From assembly GCA_037481835.1 (NCBI GenBank), contig JBBFKW010000006.1:152173-216172 (forward strand): DNA of 64,000 bases, given 5' to 3'. This stretch comes from Desulfosoma sp. (GTDB lineage Bacteria; Desulfobacterota; Syntrophobacteria; Syntrophobacterales; DSM-9756). Shown one piece after another: positions 29,459 through 38,397 of the stretch. Made by a program: the position numbers and the translations under genes. The notes beneath the pieces are model-generated. The model did no database searches and was not told the origin of the DNA. It was given only the letters and a program-made list of their open reading frames with translations. How positions within the stretch are numbered: the first letter of the stretch is position 1; every line of letters starts with the position of its first letter.

Positions 29459-30481
29459 ATGAAGACATCTAGATTTCGCCAGGCACAAGCGTTCAGTTTT
29501 TTACTGTTCCTCTCGTTTTTCCTCTTGACGCTTGCCGCGTGTGTGGGCACGGGTCCGGCACCGACGACGAGGCTTGAGGCGCTCGTCGCTCAGGATTCCG
29601 CGGACCGCAAACAAACCGAAGATCTCAATGCGCAAATTTTCGCAGCCGCCAACACGGACGCTGAGCCAGCAAATTACGTTGTGGCCGAAGGAGACCTTCT
29701 TCAAGTGACAGTCTTCGGTGAAGACGATCTCAGCAGCACAGTGCGGGTCAGCGACGACGGCACCATCACATTGCCGCTCATCGGCCTCATTGCCGCAAAG
29801 GGTCACTCCGTCCATGAATTGGAAAAGCGCATCGAACGGGCGTACGGAGAAAAATACCTTCAAGATCCCCATGTGAGCATCTTCGTCAAAGAGCAACAGG
29901 GGGGGAAGATCACGCTCCTGGGAGCCGTGATGAAGCCAGGCACCTACGATTACTTTTCGCGCCGGAGGTTGTTGTCCGTCTTGGCCATGGCCGGGGGACT
30001 GGCGAACAATGCGGGAAGCACGGTTCAGATCCGCCGGAAGACGGACGACGCGGCAAGACCCACCACCTACATTATCGACCTCGCCGATATGCTCAGAACT
30101 GGAGATGAGCAGCTCAATTTGGAAATCAATGCCAACGATGTGATCTTCGTGCCGGAAGCGGGAACGTTCTACGTCGACGGGGCCGTCAGAAAGCCCGGGG
30201 TATATCCCCTTAAGGCGGCAACAACCGTTCGGGAAGCCATCGCCATGGCCGGCGGTACCACATGGTATTCCAACGACGTGATCAAGCTTCTGAGGCGCTC
30301 CGGTGAAGGCAAAACGGACATTGTGGACATGAAGGCGAACAGCCTGGAAACCGCCAATGTGGCGCTTCGGGATCGGGATATCGTTTTTGTCGAGACGAAT
30401 CAGGTCAAGCAAGTGATTTATGGCCTGCGTCTCTCCATCGTCGGCACGGGGGTCTCTTTTACCCCTGTGGAACCGAGATAG
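29459..30481 (+). CDS. Polysaccharide export lipoprotein (Wza/OPX, SLBB domains)
   Basis: Lipobox LAAC, GDLLQVTVF, DGTITLPLIG, GAVMKPG and GAVRKPG SLBB repeats; AAGGAG RBS. Confidence 0.9.
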   Translation: MKTSRFRQAQAFSFLLFLSFFLLTLAACVGTGPAPTTRLEALVAQDSADRKQTEDLNAQIFAAANTDAEPANYVVAEGDLLQVTVFGEDDLSSTVRVSDDGTITLPLIGLIAAKGHSVHELEKRIERAYGEKYLQDPHVSIFVKEQQGGKITLLGAVMKPGTYDYFSRRRLLSVLAMAGGLANNAGSTVQIRRKTDDAARPTTYIIDLADMLRTGDEQLNLEINANDVIFVPEAGTFYVDGAVRKPGVYPLKAATTVREAIAMAGGTTWYSNDVIKLLRRSGEGKTDIVDMKANSLETANVALRDRDIVFVETNQVKQVIYGLRLSIVGTGVSFTPVEPR

Positions 30482-30581
30482 CTCTCTCAACGGATGACGA
30501 TATGGGCCTTGGGGAATCCCGCTCGCCAAGGGGTTGAATCCGCACTCCGGCACAGGATCCCCTCACTGGAAAGGTGACGAC

Positions 30582-32912
30582 ATGGACACACGGAACCACA
30601 AAGGAATGACGGACGCATCGCTGACCCTGGCCTCAGAAATACGGCCACCCGCTCCGGCATACCCGGAGACTGCCGTCGGTTATTACAATTTCTCCCCCGG
30701 TTTGGGCGATTTCTTGGATATCATCATCCGGCGCAAATGGATTGTCATCGCTTCCGTGCTGTTGGTCTTCATGCCGAGCCTTATTTACAACCTGACCGTC
30801 GATCCTATCTACCAGGCCACATGCCAGGTGGAACTCTCATCCTATCCGACCCGGGTAACCAAGTTTGAAGAGGTTGTGGATCCCTTCGGACGGGGCAAGA
30901 CCTTCATTGAAACCCAGATTGCCTTGCTACAGAGCCCGGCCCTGGCGGATCGCGTCGCCTCCAGGCTCAACCTCAAGGAACATCCCCTATTCAGCCCGCC
31001 GCCCATGCCCCAAGACGAAGCCCCAGGTCTCTTACAGCGCCTCAAAGCGGCCGTCCTGTTTGTGAAAAAACAAGTCCTCGCCGCCGTGAAGAGTTGGTTC
31101 ACGTCGAAAGAAAAAAACCCGGCCCCCAATCCGGAACTCAGAGAACTCAGCAAGCTGCTCATGATTCGAGGTTACCTGCTGCAGAACTTGAAGGTCACCC
31201 CCAACGGGGACGCCGACATTGTGACCATTACCTTCGATTCCGAAGATCCGTCACTGGCACGGGATGTGGCCAATGCGCTCGTCAATGAGTTCATGATTTG
31301 GCAAATGGACAGAAAAATCGAGGCCACCAAGACAGCCAAGATCCAGCTCGATCGCCAGATCGAAATCGCCCGCCGGGAACTTGAAAACACGGAAAGCAAA
31401 CTCAACGCCTTTGCCAAAGAAAGCGGCATCGTTTCGCTCGATACCCGGTTGAATCACGTCTATCAGGAATTGGAGCAGATCACCGCGGCCCTCGCCAAGG
31501 TGGAAGCGGACCGCATTGCCATAGAGCAGAGTTACGAGTTAGCGAGCAAGAGCGATCTGGACACATCGCCTCTCGTCCAGAAAAACGACATCATACATAA
31601 CTTGAGGGTCCAATATCTCGCCCTTCTATCTGAATACGAAAAGCTCAAGGTACGATACAAAGATGAGCATCCCGCAATGAAGACCCTCAAAGCAGCCATG
31701 CTGGAGGTGGGGTCACGCATTAATTCCGAACAGGAACGGATTCTGACCACCATTCGCAACGATTATCTGGCGACCGTGAACACCGAGAAAGCCCTTCGAG
31801 CCACGGCGGAAGAGAAAAAGGCTGCAGCGCTCCAACTGAACGATCTCGTCAGCCAGTATAAGAATCTGGAACGAGATGTGGAGGTCAACAAGCAAATCTA
31901 CCAAAGCCTGCTGGGACGTTCCAAGGAAATCGACGCCAACGTGGGAACCGATCTCACCAACATCAAGGTCGTCGATTTCGCAACGCTGCCCCTCAAGCCT
32001 TACCAGCCGAACGTTCCGCGAAACCTCTTTGTCGCCCTTGTTTTGGGACTCGTCTTGGGTGTCGGAACGGCTCTCGTCCGCGAACACATGGACAATTCCA
32101 TCAGACGGGTTGAAGAAATGCCCGGGCGCTTTTGGATTCCCGTGTTGGGCGTCGTCCCCGTGGCCTCAAAACAGGATAAGAACAACCTCCCCTCTCTCGT
32201 CCGGGACAACCCTTCATCGCCGTTTTCGGAAGCGATTCGCATGATCCGCGTGGCCATCCAGCACTCGGCGTCTTTGGACCACCTACATCGAAGAACACTG
32301 CTGCTGACCAGCAGTGTCAAGGGCGAAGGCAAGTCCACGCTTTCCTCCAATCTGGCTCTGTCTTTCGCCCTCGCCGGCGAAAAGACCCTCTTGGTCGAGG
32401 CCGACCTGCGGCGCCCCTCCCTGAGCCAGCACTTCGCCGGCAATGGGAAATCCAAGGGACTGGCTGATTTTCTAAAAGGTGTGGCCAAATACGAAGAGAT
32501 CGTTCAAAAGACTTCCCTCTCCAATCTCTACTTTATTCCCTCCGGGACGCCGGTCACAAACCCCACGGAATTGCTGGGCTCCACGGCCATGAGGGAACTG
32601 CTGCACACAGCCGCAGCCCACTTCGATCGGGTCATCTTCGACGGCCCTCCGTTCACCTCGGACGCCTTGACTCTTGGCAGCCTGGTAGACGGCGTCATTC
32701 TTGTCGCCACACTCGGCCGGACCCATCGGGATGCGCTCCGGGTGCTTCGAGAGGACCTGGCGGCGACCCAGGCCGACCTTGTGGGGAGTATCATTAACAT
32801 GCTTTCTGGATCACGCTTCAGTTCGACCGCTTTCTACCACAACTACTACAAAGGCTATGAAAACACTTACGGCCGCCCTCACCGCAATCTTCCTGCGCGG
32901 GTGGGGCGTTGA
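30582..32912 (+). CDS. Polysaccharide co-polymerase / BY-kinase (Wzc/GumC)
   Basis: Two TM segments with a periplasmic coiled coil, SSVKGEGKS, EADLRRP, DGPP, Tyr-rich tail FYHNYYKGYENTY. Confidence 0.92.
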   Translation: MDTRNHKGMTDASLTLASEIRPPAPAYPETAVGYYNFSPGLGDFLDIIIRRKWIVIASVLLVFMPSLIYNLTVDPIYQATCQVELSSYPTRVTKFEEVVDPFGRGKTFIETQIALLQSPALADRVASRLNLKEHPLFSPPPMPQDEAPGLLQRLKAAVLFVKKQVLAAVKSWFTSKEKNPAPNPELRELSKLLMIRGYLLQNLKVTPNGDADIVTITFDSEDPSLARDVANALVNEFMIWQMDRKIEATKTAKIQLDRQIEIARRELENTESKLNAFAKESGIVSLDTRLNHVYQELEQITAALAKVEADRIAIEQSYELASKSDLDTSPLVQKNDIIHNLRVQYLALLSEYEKLKVRYKDEHPAMKTLKAAMLEVGSRINSEQERILTTIRNDYLATVNTEKALRATAEEKKAAALQLNDLVSQYKNLERDVEVNKQIYQSLLGRSKEIDANVGTDLTNIKVVDFATLPLKPYQPNVPRNLFVALVLGLVLGVGTALVREHMDNSIRRVEEMPGRFWIPVLGVVPVASKQDKNNLPSLVRDNPSSPFSEAIRMIRVAIQHSASLDHLHRRTLLLTSSVKGEGKSTLSSNLALSFALAGEKTLLVEADLRRPSLSQHFAGNGKSKGLADFLKGVAKYEEIVQKTSLSNLYFIPSGTPVTNPTELLGSTAMRELLHTAAAHFDRVIFDGPPFTSDALTLGSLVDGVILVATLGRTHRDALRVLREDLAATQADLVGSIINMLSGSRFSSTAFYHNYYKGYENTYGRPHRNLPARVGR

Positions 32913-32982
32913 AACGGTATCCAGTGTGCTTTGAAATCCGCATGAAAGCTTAAGTTGGCGCTTTCATCAGGAGGATGCCGCC

Positions 32983-34401
32983 ATGTTGAAAAAGCATCAT
33001 CGTTTTTTTTCCACTGTCTTTAGACTGTTTGATCTTTTTCTTATCGCCCTGTCTTACGGATTCGCCTACCAGCTTGTTTACGGAATTTCCGTCTATCCCG
33101 GGCACGTGGACGCTATTCCCCATCTTTACGCTCCGGCAGTGAACAGCCTACTGTGGATTGTCCTGTCGAAGCAATACGGACTGTACACATCCAAGAGGCT
33201 CACGCACCTCGTCATGGAACTGCGCGATGTCATCCGTATCGTCTTCATGTGCTTGGCTCCCGCCGCCATCATGGTCGCTTTGATCGAGCAGAGCCCACCA
33301 GCCCATAGGTTCTTGGGTATGGTTCTCGCGGCACAGCTCTGCTTGTTCTTGGCCTTCAGAATATCGCTTCGCAAAACCCTTTCGTACCTGCGCGCCCGCG
33401 GTTTCAACTATCGCCAGGTGCTCATCGTGGGCAGTAACGGTCGGGCCCGCTCCGTAATCCGCGAACTGGAGGGCTCCAAGGCCTTCGGCATTCGGATCCT
33501 GGGGTTCATCGACGGCCTCAAGGGCAAGCCCCGCCCCGCAACGTCTTTGCAGGTCCCCTACTTGGGGTCGCTAGAGGATCTTCCCAGGATCCTGACGGAA
33601 CATGTCGTGGACGAAGTCTTCGTCACCCTTCCGATAAAGTCTTTTTACGAGGAAATCGACGGGATCATCAAGACGTGCGAGACCGTCGGCGTGGAGGTGA
33701 AGCTTTCCACGAACCTTTTCAATGTCCGCTGCTCCAAGTCCGCGATTTGTACCCACTACGACATCCCGTCCATCGACTTCTACACCAGCCCTCGCGACCC
33801 TCTGCAGCTTTTCATCAAGCGTCTGATCGACATCGTGGTTTCATTGTCCATGCTGCTCATATGGTCGCCGATTCTGTGCCTCGTGGCCTTAGCCATCAAG
33901 CTGGATTCCCGTGGTCCCATTCTTTTTCGCCAGGTTCGGGTCGGCTATAATGGGCGTTTTTTTACCATGTACAAGTTTCGGACCATGGTTGAAAACGCCG
34001 AACAACTGAAGCAAGAACTGATGGATTTAAACGAATTGACGGGACCTGTGTTCAAGATCCGCAATGATCCTAGAGTCACGCGGGTGGGGCGGTTTCTGCG
34101 GAAGACCAGCATCGACGAACTCCCTCAGCTCATCAACGTCCTCAAGGGCGAGATGAGCCTCGTGGGCCCGCGCCCTCCCATACCTTCCGAGGTGAGCCAA
34201 TACAACCTGGAGGACCGGCGGCGTTTGAGCATGAGGCCTGGGATCACGGGGATCTGGCAGGTCAGTGGCAGAAACGCCGTGTCCTTCGACCAATGGATGG
34301 CCATGGACAAGGAATACATCGACAATTGGTCCCTGTGGCTTGACCTCAAGCTTCTCATTAAGACCATCCCCGCCGTTTTGACGGGTGAAGGCGCCGCATG
34401 A
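32983..34401 (+). CDS. Priming polyprenyl-phosphate sugar phosphotransferase (WcaJ/WbaP family)
   Basis: KRLIDI, KFRTM, SIDELPQL, MSLVGPRP, PGITGIWQV. Confidence 0.95.
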   Translation: MLKKHHRFFSTVFRLFDLFLIALSYGFAYQLVYGISVYPGHVDAIPHLYAPAVNSLLWIVLSKQYGLYTSKRLTHLVMELRDVIRIVFMCLAPAAIMVALIEQSPPAHRFLGMVLAAQLCLFLAFRISLRKTLSYLRARGFNYRQVLIVGSNGRARSVIRELEGSKAFGIRILGFIDGLKGKPRPATSLQVPYLGSLEDLPRILTEHVVDEVFVTLPIKSFYEEIDGIIKTCETVGVEVKLSTNLFNVRCSKSAICTHYDIPSIDFYTSPRDPLQLFIKRLIDIVVSLSMLLIWSPILCLVALAIKLDSRGPILFRQVRVGYNGRFFTMYKFRTMVENAEQLKQELMDLNELTGPVFKIRNDPRVTRVGRFLRKTSIDELPQLINVLKGEMSLVGPRPPIPSEVSQYNLEDRRRLSMRPGITGIWQVSGRNAVSFDQWMAMDKEYIDNWSLWLDLKLLIKTIPAVLTGEGAA

Positions 34402-34438
34402 TGAGCCGCCCTGGGCGGTGACGCCGAAGGACAAGGTC

Positions 34439-35392
34439 ATGGGTGTGCATTTAAGCATCGTCATCCCCCTTTACAACGAAGAAGATTCCGTGCGCGAACT
34501 GGTCTCTTCCATTGTGGAATGCGCCAAAGATTTTCCCTTTTCCCACGAAATCCTTCTGGTGGATGACGGATCCACGGACGGGACCTGGCGGGTCATCGAG
34601 GAGCTCTCCACATCTGTGCCCACTCTGAGAGCCATCAAGTTCCGCCGCAACTACGGACAAACCAGCGCCATGGTCGCCGGGTTCGACCACGCCCGGGGTG
34701 AGATCATTGTCACCATGGACGGCGATTTGCAAAACGATCCCCGGGACATCCCCCGCCTGTTGGAAAAGCTCGAAGAAGGCTACGACATTGTGAGCGGCTG
34801 GCGGGTCCACCGCCGTGATCATTTTTCACGGGTGCTGCCATCCCGAATCGCCAACGCCATCATTTCCCTCACGACCGGCGTGCACCTCCATGACTACGGA
34901 TGCTCGCTCAAGGCCTATCGCGCCGAATGTATTCGAAGTATCAAGGCCTATGGGGAAATGCACCGCTTCTTCCCCGCCCTCGCCAGCATGACGGGAGCTC
35001 GTGTGGCAGAAATTCCGGTTCGGCATCATGAGAGAAAACATGGCACATCCAAGTATGGTTTCAGTCGCATTTTCAAGGTGCTTAGTGATATTTGGGCCAT
35101 CAATCTCATCATCAAGTTTTCCTCAAACCCCCTCAGAGGTTTTCTTTTTTGCGCCGTACCCTTTGTTCTCCTGAGTCTCTTTTTCTGGCTTCTTTGTGCT
35201 TTGGCCCTTTTTTACTCCTGGACCCAGGGCAAAGCCCAAGTGTTCATGTTCTCGGCTTTGCTCTCGGGCGCAGCCGCCGTGCACCTTGTGGTTCTCGGTT
35301 TCTTGGCGGAGCTGGTGGTGCATGTGAGTGATTTGTCCCACACGCATCTGTCTAAACTGACGAAGAGATGTATCAACGGAGAAACCCGATGA
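34439..35392 (+). CDS. GT2 polyprenol-phosphate glycosyltransferase (ArnC/GtrB-like)
   Basis: VIPLYNE, VDDGSTD, RNYGQ, MDGDLQNDP, two C-terminal TM helices. Confidence 0.9.
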   Translation: MGVHLSIVIPLYNEEDSVRELVSSIVECAKDFPFSHEILLVDDGSTDGTWRVIEELSTSVPTLRAIKFRRNYGQTSAMVAGFDHARGEIIVTMDGDLQNDPRDIPRLLEKLEEGYDIVSGWRVHRRDHFSRVLPSRIANAIISLTTGVHLHDYGCSLKAYRAECIRSIKAYGEMHRFFPALASMTGARVAEIPVRHHERKHGTSKYGFSRIFKVLSDIWAINLIIKFSSNPLRGFLFCAVPFVLLSLFFWLLCALALFYSWTQGKAQVFMFSALLSGAAAVHLVVLGFLAELVVHVSDLSHTHLSKLTKRCINGETR

Positions 35393-36339
35393 GCGAAGGG
35401 ACCGAACGGCACCCCCGCTATTCGGCCATCGTCTTGCTGGAAGACCAAGACAGCGATCTCATCCCGCTCGTCGACACTCTCCACCGTGTTTTCTCATCGA
35501 GACCGGCAGGGTACGAAATCATCATCGTGGCCAACGGGGTCGGAGGGTTCTTGCGACGCGCCTTGGCGAGCGTGGCCATGTGCAATGGAGCCCTCAAAGC
35601 GTACGAATTTCCCTCCAAGGTTTCCCAGTCCGTATGCTTGAAAGCGGGGTTCGAAGAAAGCAGCGGGGAAATCATCATTGTCTGCGGGTCGCACCGGCAG
35701 ATCACGGAATCGTCTTTGATGCGGTTGCTTGATTCCCTGGACGAACAGACCGACATCGTGAATTCGTGGCGCACAAAGAGGAACGATTCGACCTTCAACC
35801 AGCTCCAGTCCCGAGCCTTCAACGCCCTGGTGCGAAAGATCGCGCGCTGCCAAGTGCATGATCTCAGTTCAGCGGTCAAAGTTTACCGTCGAAGCGTTTT
35901 GGAGCAAACGGATTTCTACGGAAACATGCATCGCTTTCTTCCCATCATCGCCGAGGGAAAAGGCTTCAGGACGAAGGAAGTAGAGTGTGAACACTACCGA
36001 TGGACAGGGAAGACCGGACCGTGCCCTCCCTATGAATATATCGAAAGGGTGGCCGACCTTCTGACCCTTTACTTTCTCATTGGGTTTAAAAACAAGCCTC
36101 TGCGTTTTTTCAACGTCCTCGGTACTTTTTTCCTCCTACTGGGCTTCGGCTGCCTTTCCTATGTCTTTCTCGATAAGATGCTCCTTGGCCATCCCGTCGG
36201 CGGCCACCCCTTACTTCTATTGAGTCTTTTTTCGATGGTGTTGGGTGTTCAAGTCTCCAGCGTTGGACTTTTAGGAGAGATTATCGCGTTTACACACGGC
36301 CGCCACAAACGCCAGTACACTATTGAAAAGATACTCTAA
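35389..36339 (+). CDS. GT2-like protein with degenerate catalytic motifs
   Basis: Same layout as the upstream gene (YGNMHRFLP vs YGEMHRFFP), but VANG replaces VDDG and CGSHRQ replaces MDGDLQ. Confidence 0.75.
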   Translation: MSEGTERHPRYSAIVLLEDQDSDLIPLVDTLHRVFSSRPAGYEIIIVANGVGGFLRRALASVAMCNGALKAYEFPSKVSQSVCLKAGFEESSGEIIIVCGSHRQITESSLMRLLDSLDEQTDIVNSWRTKRNDSTFNQLQSRAFNALVRKIARCQVHDLSSAVKVYRRSVLEQTDFYGNMHRFLPIIAEGKGFRTKEVECEHYRWTGKTGPCPPYEYIERVADLLTLYFLIGFKNKPLRFFNVLGTFFLLLGFGCLSYVFLDKMLLGHPVGGHPLLLLSLFSMVLGVQVSSVGLLGEIIAFTHGRHKRQYTIEKIL

Positions 36340-36372
36340 GTCTTTCCTTGGGGTTAAAATAACAGTTTCTCC

Positions 36373-37212
36373 ATGATATTTGTTGACGCCCACGTCCACC
36401 TCCATAATATGTTTGATATTGGAGATTTTTTCAAGTGCGCCGCCGCCAATTTCCGTAAAGCTTCTTCGGAGGTGGGGGATGCAAACCCCCTTTACGTCAT
36501 TGCCCTCACGGAATCCTTCCCAACGGATCGGTTTCGGAATTTTTACGACTTGGCGGGCGGCAGGGTTTGTCCGAAGGGTGGATCGGCAGGATCGGTCACG
36601 GTGGCGAGAACGTTGGAGGACAGTTCCCTTCTGTGCACGTTGGACGGCGAGACTTCCCTTGTATTGATCGCCGGCCGCCAGATCGTTTCCGCGGAGGGAC
36701 TGGAAGTCTTGGCTTTGGGAACAAACCGGATGTTTCCGGATGGGCGGCCCCTGGCCCGTATCCTGTTGGAGGTGAGAGACTCGGGGGCCCTGCCGGTCAT
36801 TCCTTGGGGATTTGGCAAATGGTCCGGTGCCCGAGGGAGGCTGGTCAGAGAACTTCTTTTGACATATCGGCCGGAGGCACCGTTGTTCCTGGGGGACAAC
36901 GGCGGAAGACCCCGTCTGTTACCCGAGCCGCCCTTTTTCGAGTTGGCCCGGGGTCAAGGTGTTCCCATACTGCCTGGAAGCGATCCTTTCCCTTTGCCCC
37001 GCGAGGTCCGCCGGGTGGGAAGTTTTGGCTTCGCCTGCCCCTCCTCCCTGTCTTACGATCATCCAACCCGGGATCTTATCCTCCTTCTCACGGACCCCGC
37101 ACCGAGGCTGATTCCCTACGGCAGGCTCGAACATCCCCTGCATTTCATCGGCAAGCAAGTGGCGATTCAGTTGATCAAAAGAGGAATCCTGGAGCCGGGA
37201 GGACGGCGATGA
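36373..37212 (+). CDS. PHP-like metal-dependent phosphoesterase
   Basis: DAHVH at the N-terminus, GSD near the C-terminus. Confidence 0.55.
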   Translation: MIFVDAHVHLHNMFDIGDFFKCAAANFRKASSEVGDANPLYVIALTESFPTDRFRNFYDLAGGRVCPKGGSAGSVTVARTLEDSSLLCTLDGETSLVLIAGRQIVSAEGLEVLALGTNRMFPDGRPLARILLEVRDSGALPVIPWGFGKWSGARGRLVRELLLTYRPEAPLFLGDNGGRPRLLPEPPFFELARGQGVPILPGSDPFPLPREVRRVGSFGFACPSSLSYDHPTRDLILLLTDPAPRLIPYGRLEHPLHFIGKQVAIQLIKRGILEPGGRR

Positions 37213-38396
37213 GAGCCCTCGTGGTCGCGCCCCAACCATTTTTTACGCCGCGAGGCACCCCGTTCAGCGTCTATTACCGGACGCTCGTCGCCTCTGAGTT
37301 GGGCCTGAAAATCGACCTGCTGACCTACGGCGAAGGCATGGATGTGGACATTCCCGGAGTCCGGATCATCCGGATCCCACATCCGAGGATTTTGCGAAAC
37401 GTCAAGGTCGGACCGTCCTATTCAAAACTTCTTTTGGATATCCTGCTCTTTTTTCGAGCCGTCGCTCTCATGGCATCGGAAAAATACGACATTGTGCATG
37501 CCCATGAGGAGGCTGTCTTTTTCTGCGAGTTCCTGAAACCTTTTTTCGGTTACAAGTTGATTTACGACATGCACTCCAGCCTAAGCCAGCAATTGACCAA
37601 CTTTCAGTTCACCTCATCCCAAGTGTTGATCGGATTATTTTCCCTTCTGGAAAAGAGAGCCTTGCGGCATGCCGACGCGGTCATCACCATTTGCCCGGAT
37701 TTGGCCGAACAAGCATGCTCGGTAATGCGGAATTGCACCAAACATTTTCTGATCGAAAATTCCATCTTCGAACCGGTGCGTCTATCGTCCGCTTCTTCTC
37801 AAAAAGGAAAGCTCGCAGAGGACCAAGTCCCTGATCCGGAATCCCTGCCAGCGGGAAGAGCCTTGCTCGTTTATGCCGGCACCCTGGAGCCCTATCAGGG
37901 GCTGGACATCCTCATTCCGGCATTTCAAATCGTCCAGGCCGAGGAACCGCGAGCGCTGCTGCTGATCGTGGGGGGCACACCGCCACAGGTCGCTTACTAC
38001 CAGTCATTGGCTGAGCGATGCGGAATTTCGGAGCATGTGCTTTTTACAGGCCGCGTGTCCCCTGAACTCGCAAAACGCTACTGCGCCAAGGCGACGCTTC
38101 TGCTTTCCCCCAGGTCTGGCGGATCAAACACCCCTTTAAAAATCTACGAACAGCTGGCCAGCGGCATTCCCCTCGTGGCCACCCGAGTCCATTCCCATAC
38201 CCAGGTTCTCACCGATGAAGTCGCTTTCCTTGTGGATCCGGAGCCGGAAGACATGGCTCAAGGGATCTTGACGGCCCTGCGATCCCACGACTCGCGGAAG
38301 CGTATTGCAGAAAAAGCCCAATGCCTCTATCAGATGAAGTATTCCCGACCGGTTTACGTGGGCAAGCTGAAACGATTGTTGGAGTCTCTCCGATAA
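37209..38396 (+). CDS. Glycosyltransferase family 4
   Basis: YAGTLEPYQG, PLKIYEQLASGIPLVAT; ATGA overlap with the previous gene. Confidence 0.88.
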   Translation: MRALVVAPQPFFTPRGTPFSVYYRTLVASELGLKIDLLTYGEGMDVDIPGVRIIRIPHPRILRNVKVGPSYSKLLLDILLFFRAVALMASEKYDIVHAHEEAVFFCEFLKPFFGYKLIYDMHSSLSQQLTNFQFTSSQVLIGLFSLLEKRALRHADAVITICPDLAEQACSVMRNCTKHFLIENSIFEPVRLSSASSQKGKLAEDQVPDPESLPAGRALLVYAGTLEPYQGLDILIPAFQIVQAEEPRALLLIVGGTPPQVAYYQSLAERCGISEHVLFTGRVSPELAKRYCAKATLLLSPRSGGSNTPLKIYEQLASGIPLVATRVHSHTQVLTDEVAFLVDPEPEDMAQGILTALRSHDSRKRIAEKAQCLYQMKYSRPVYVGKLKRLLESLR

Positions 38397-38397
38397 C

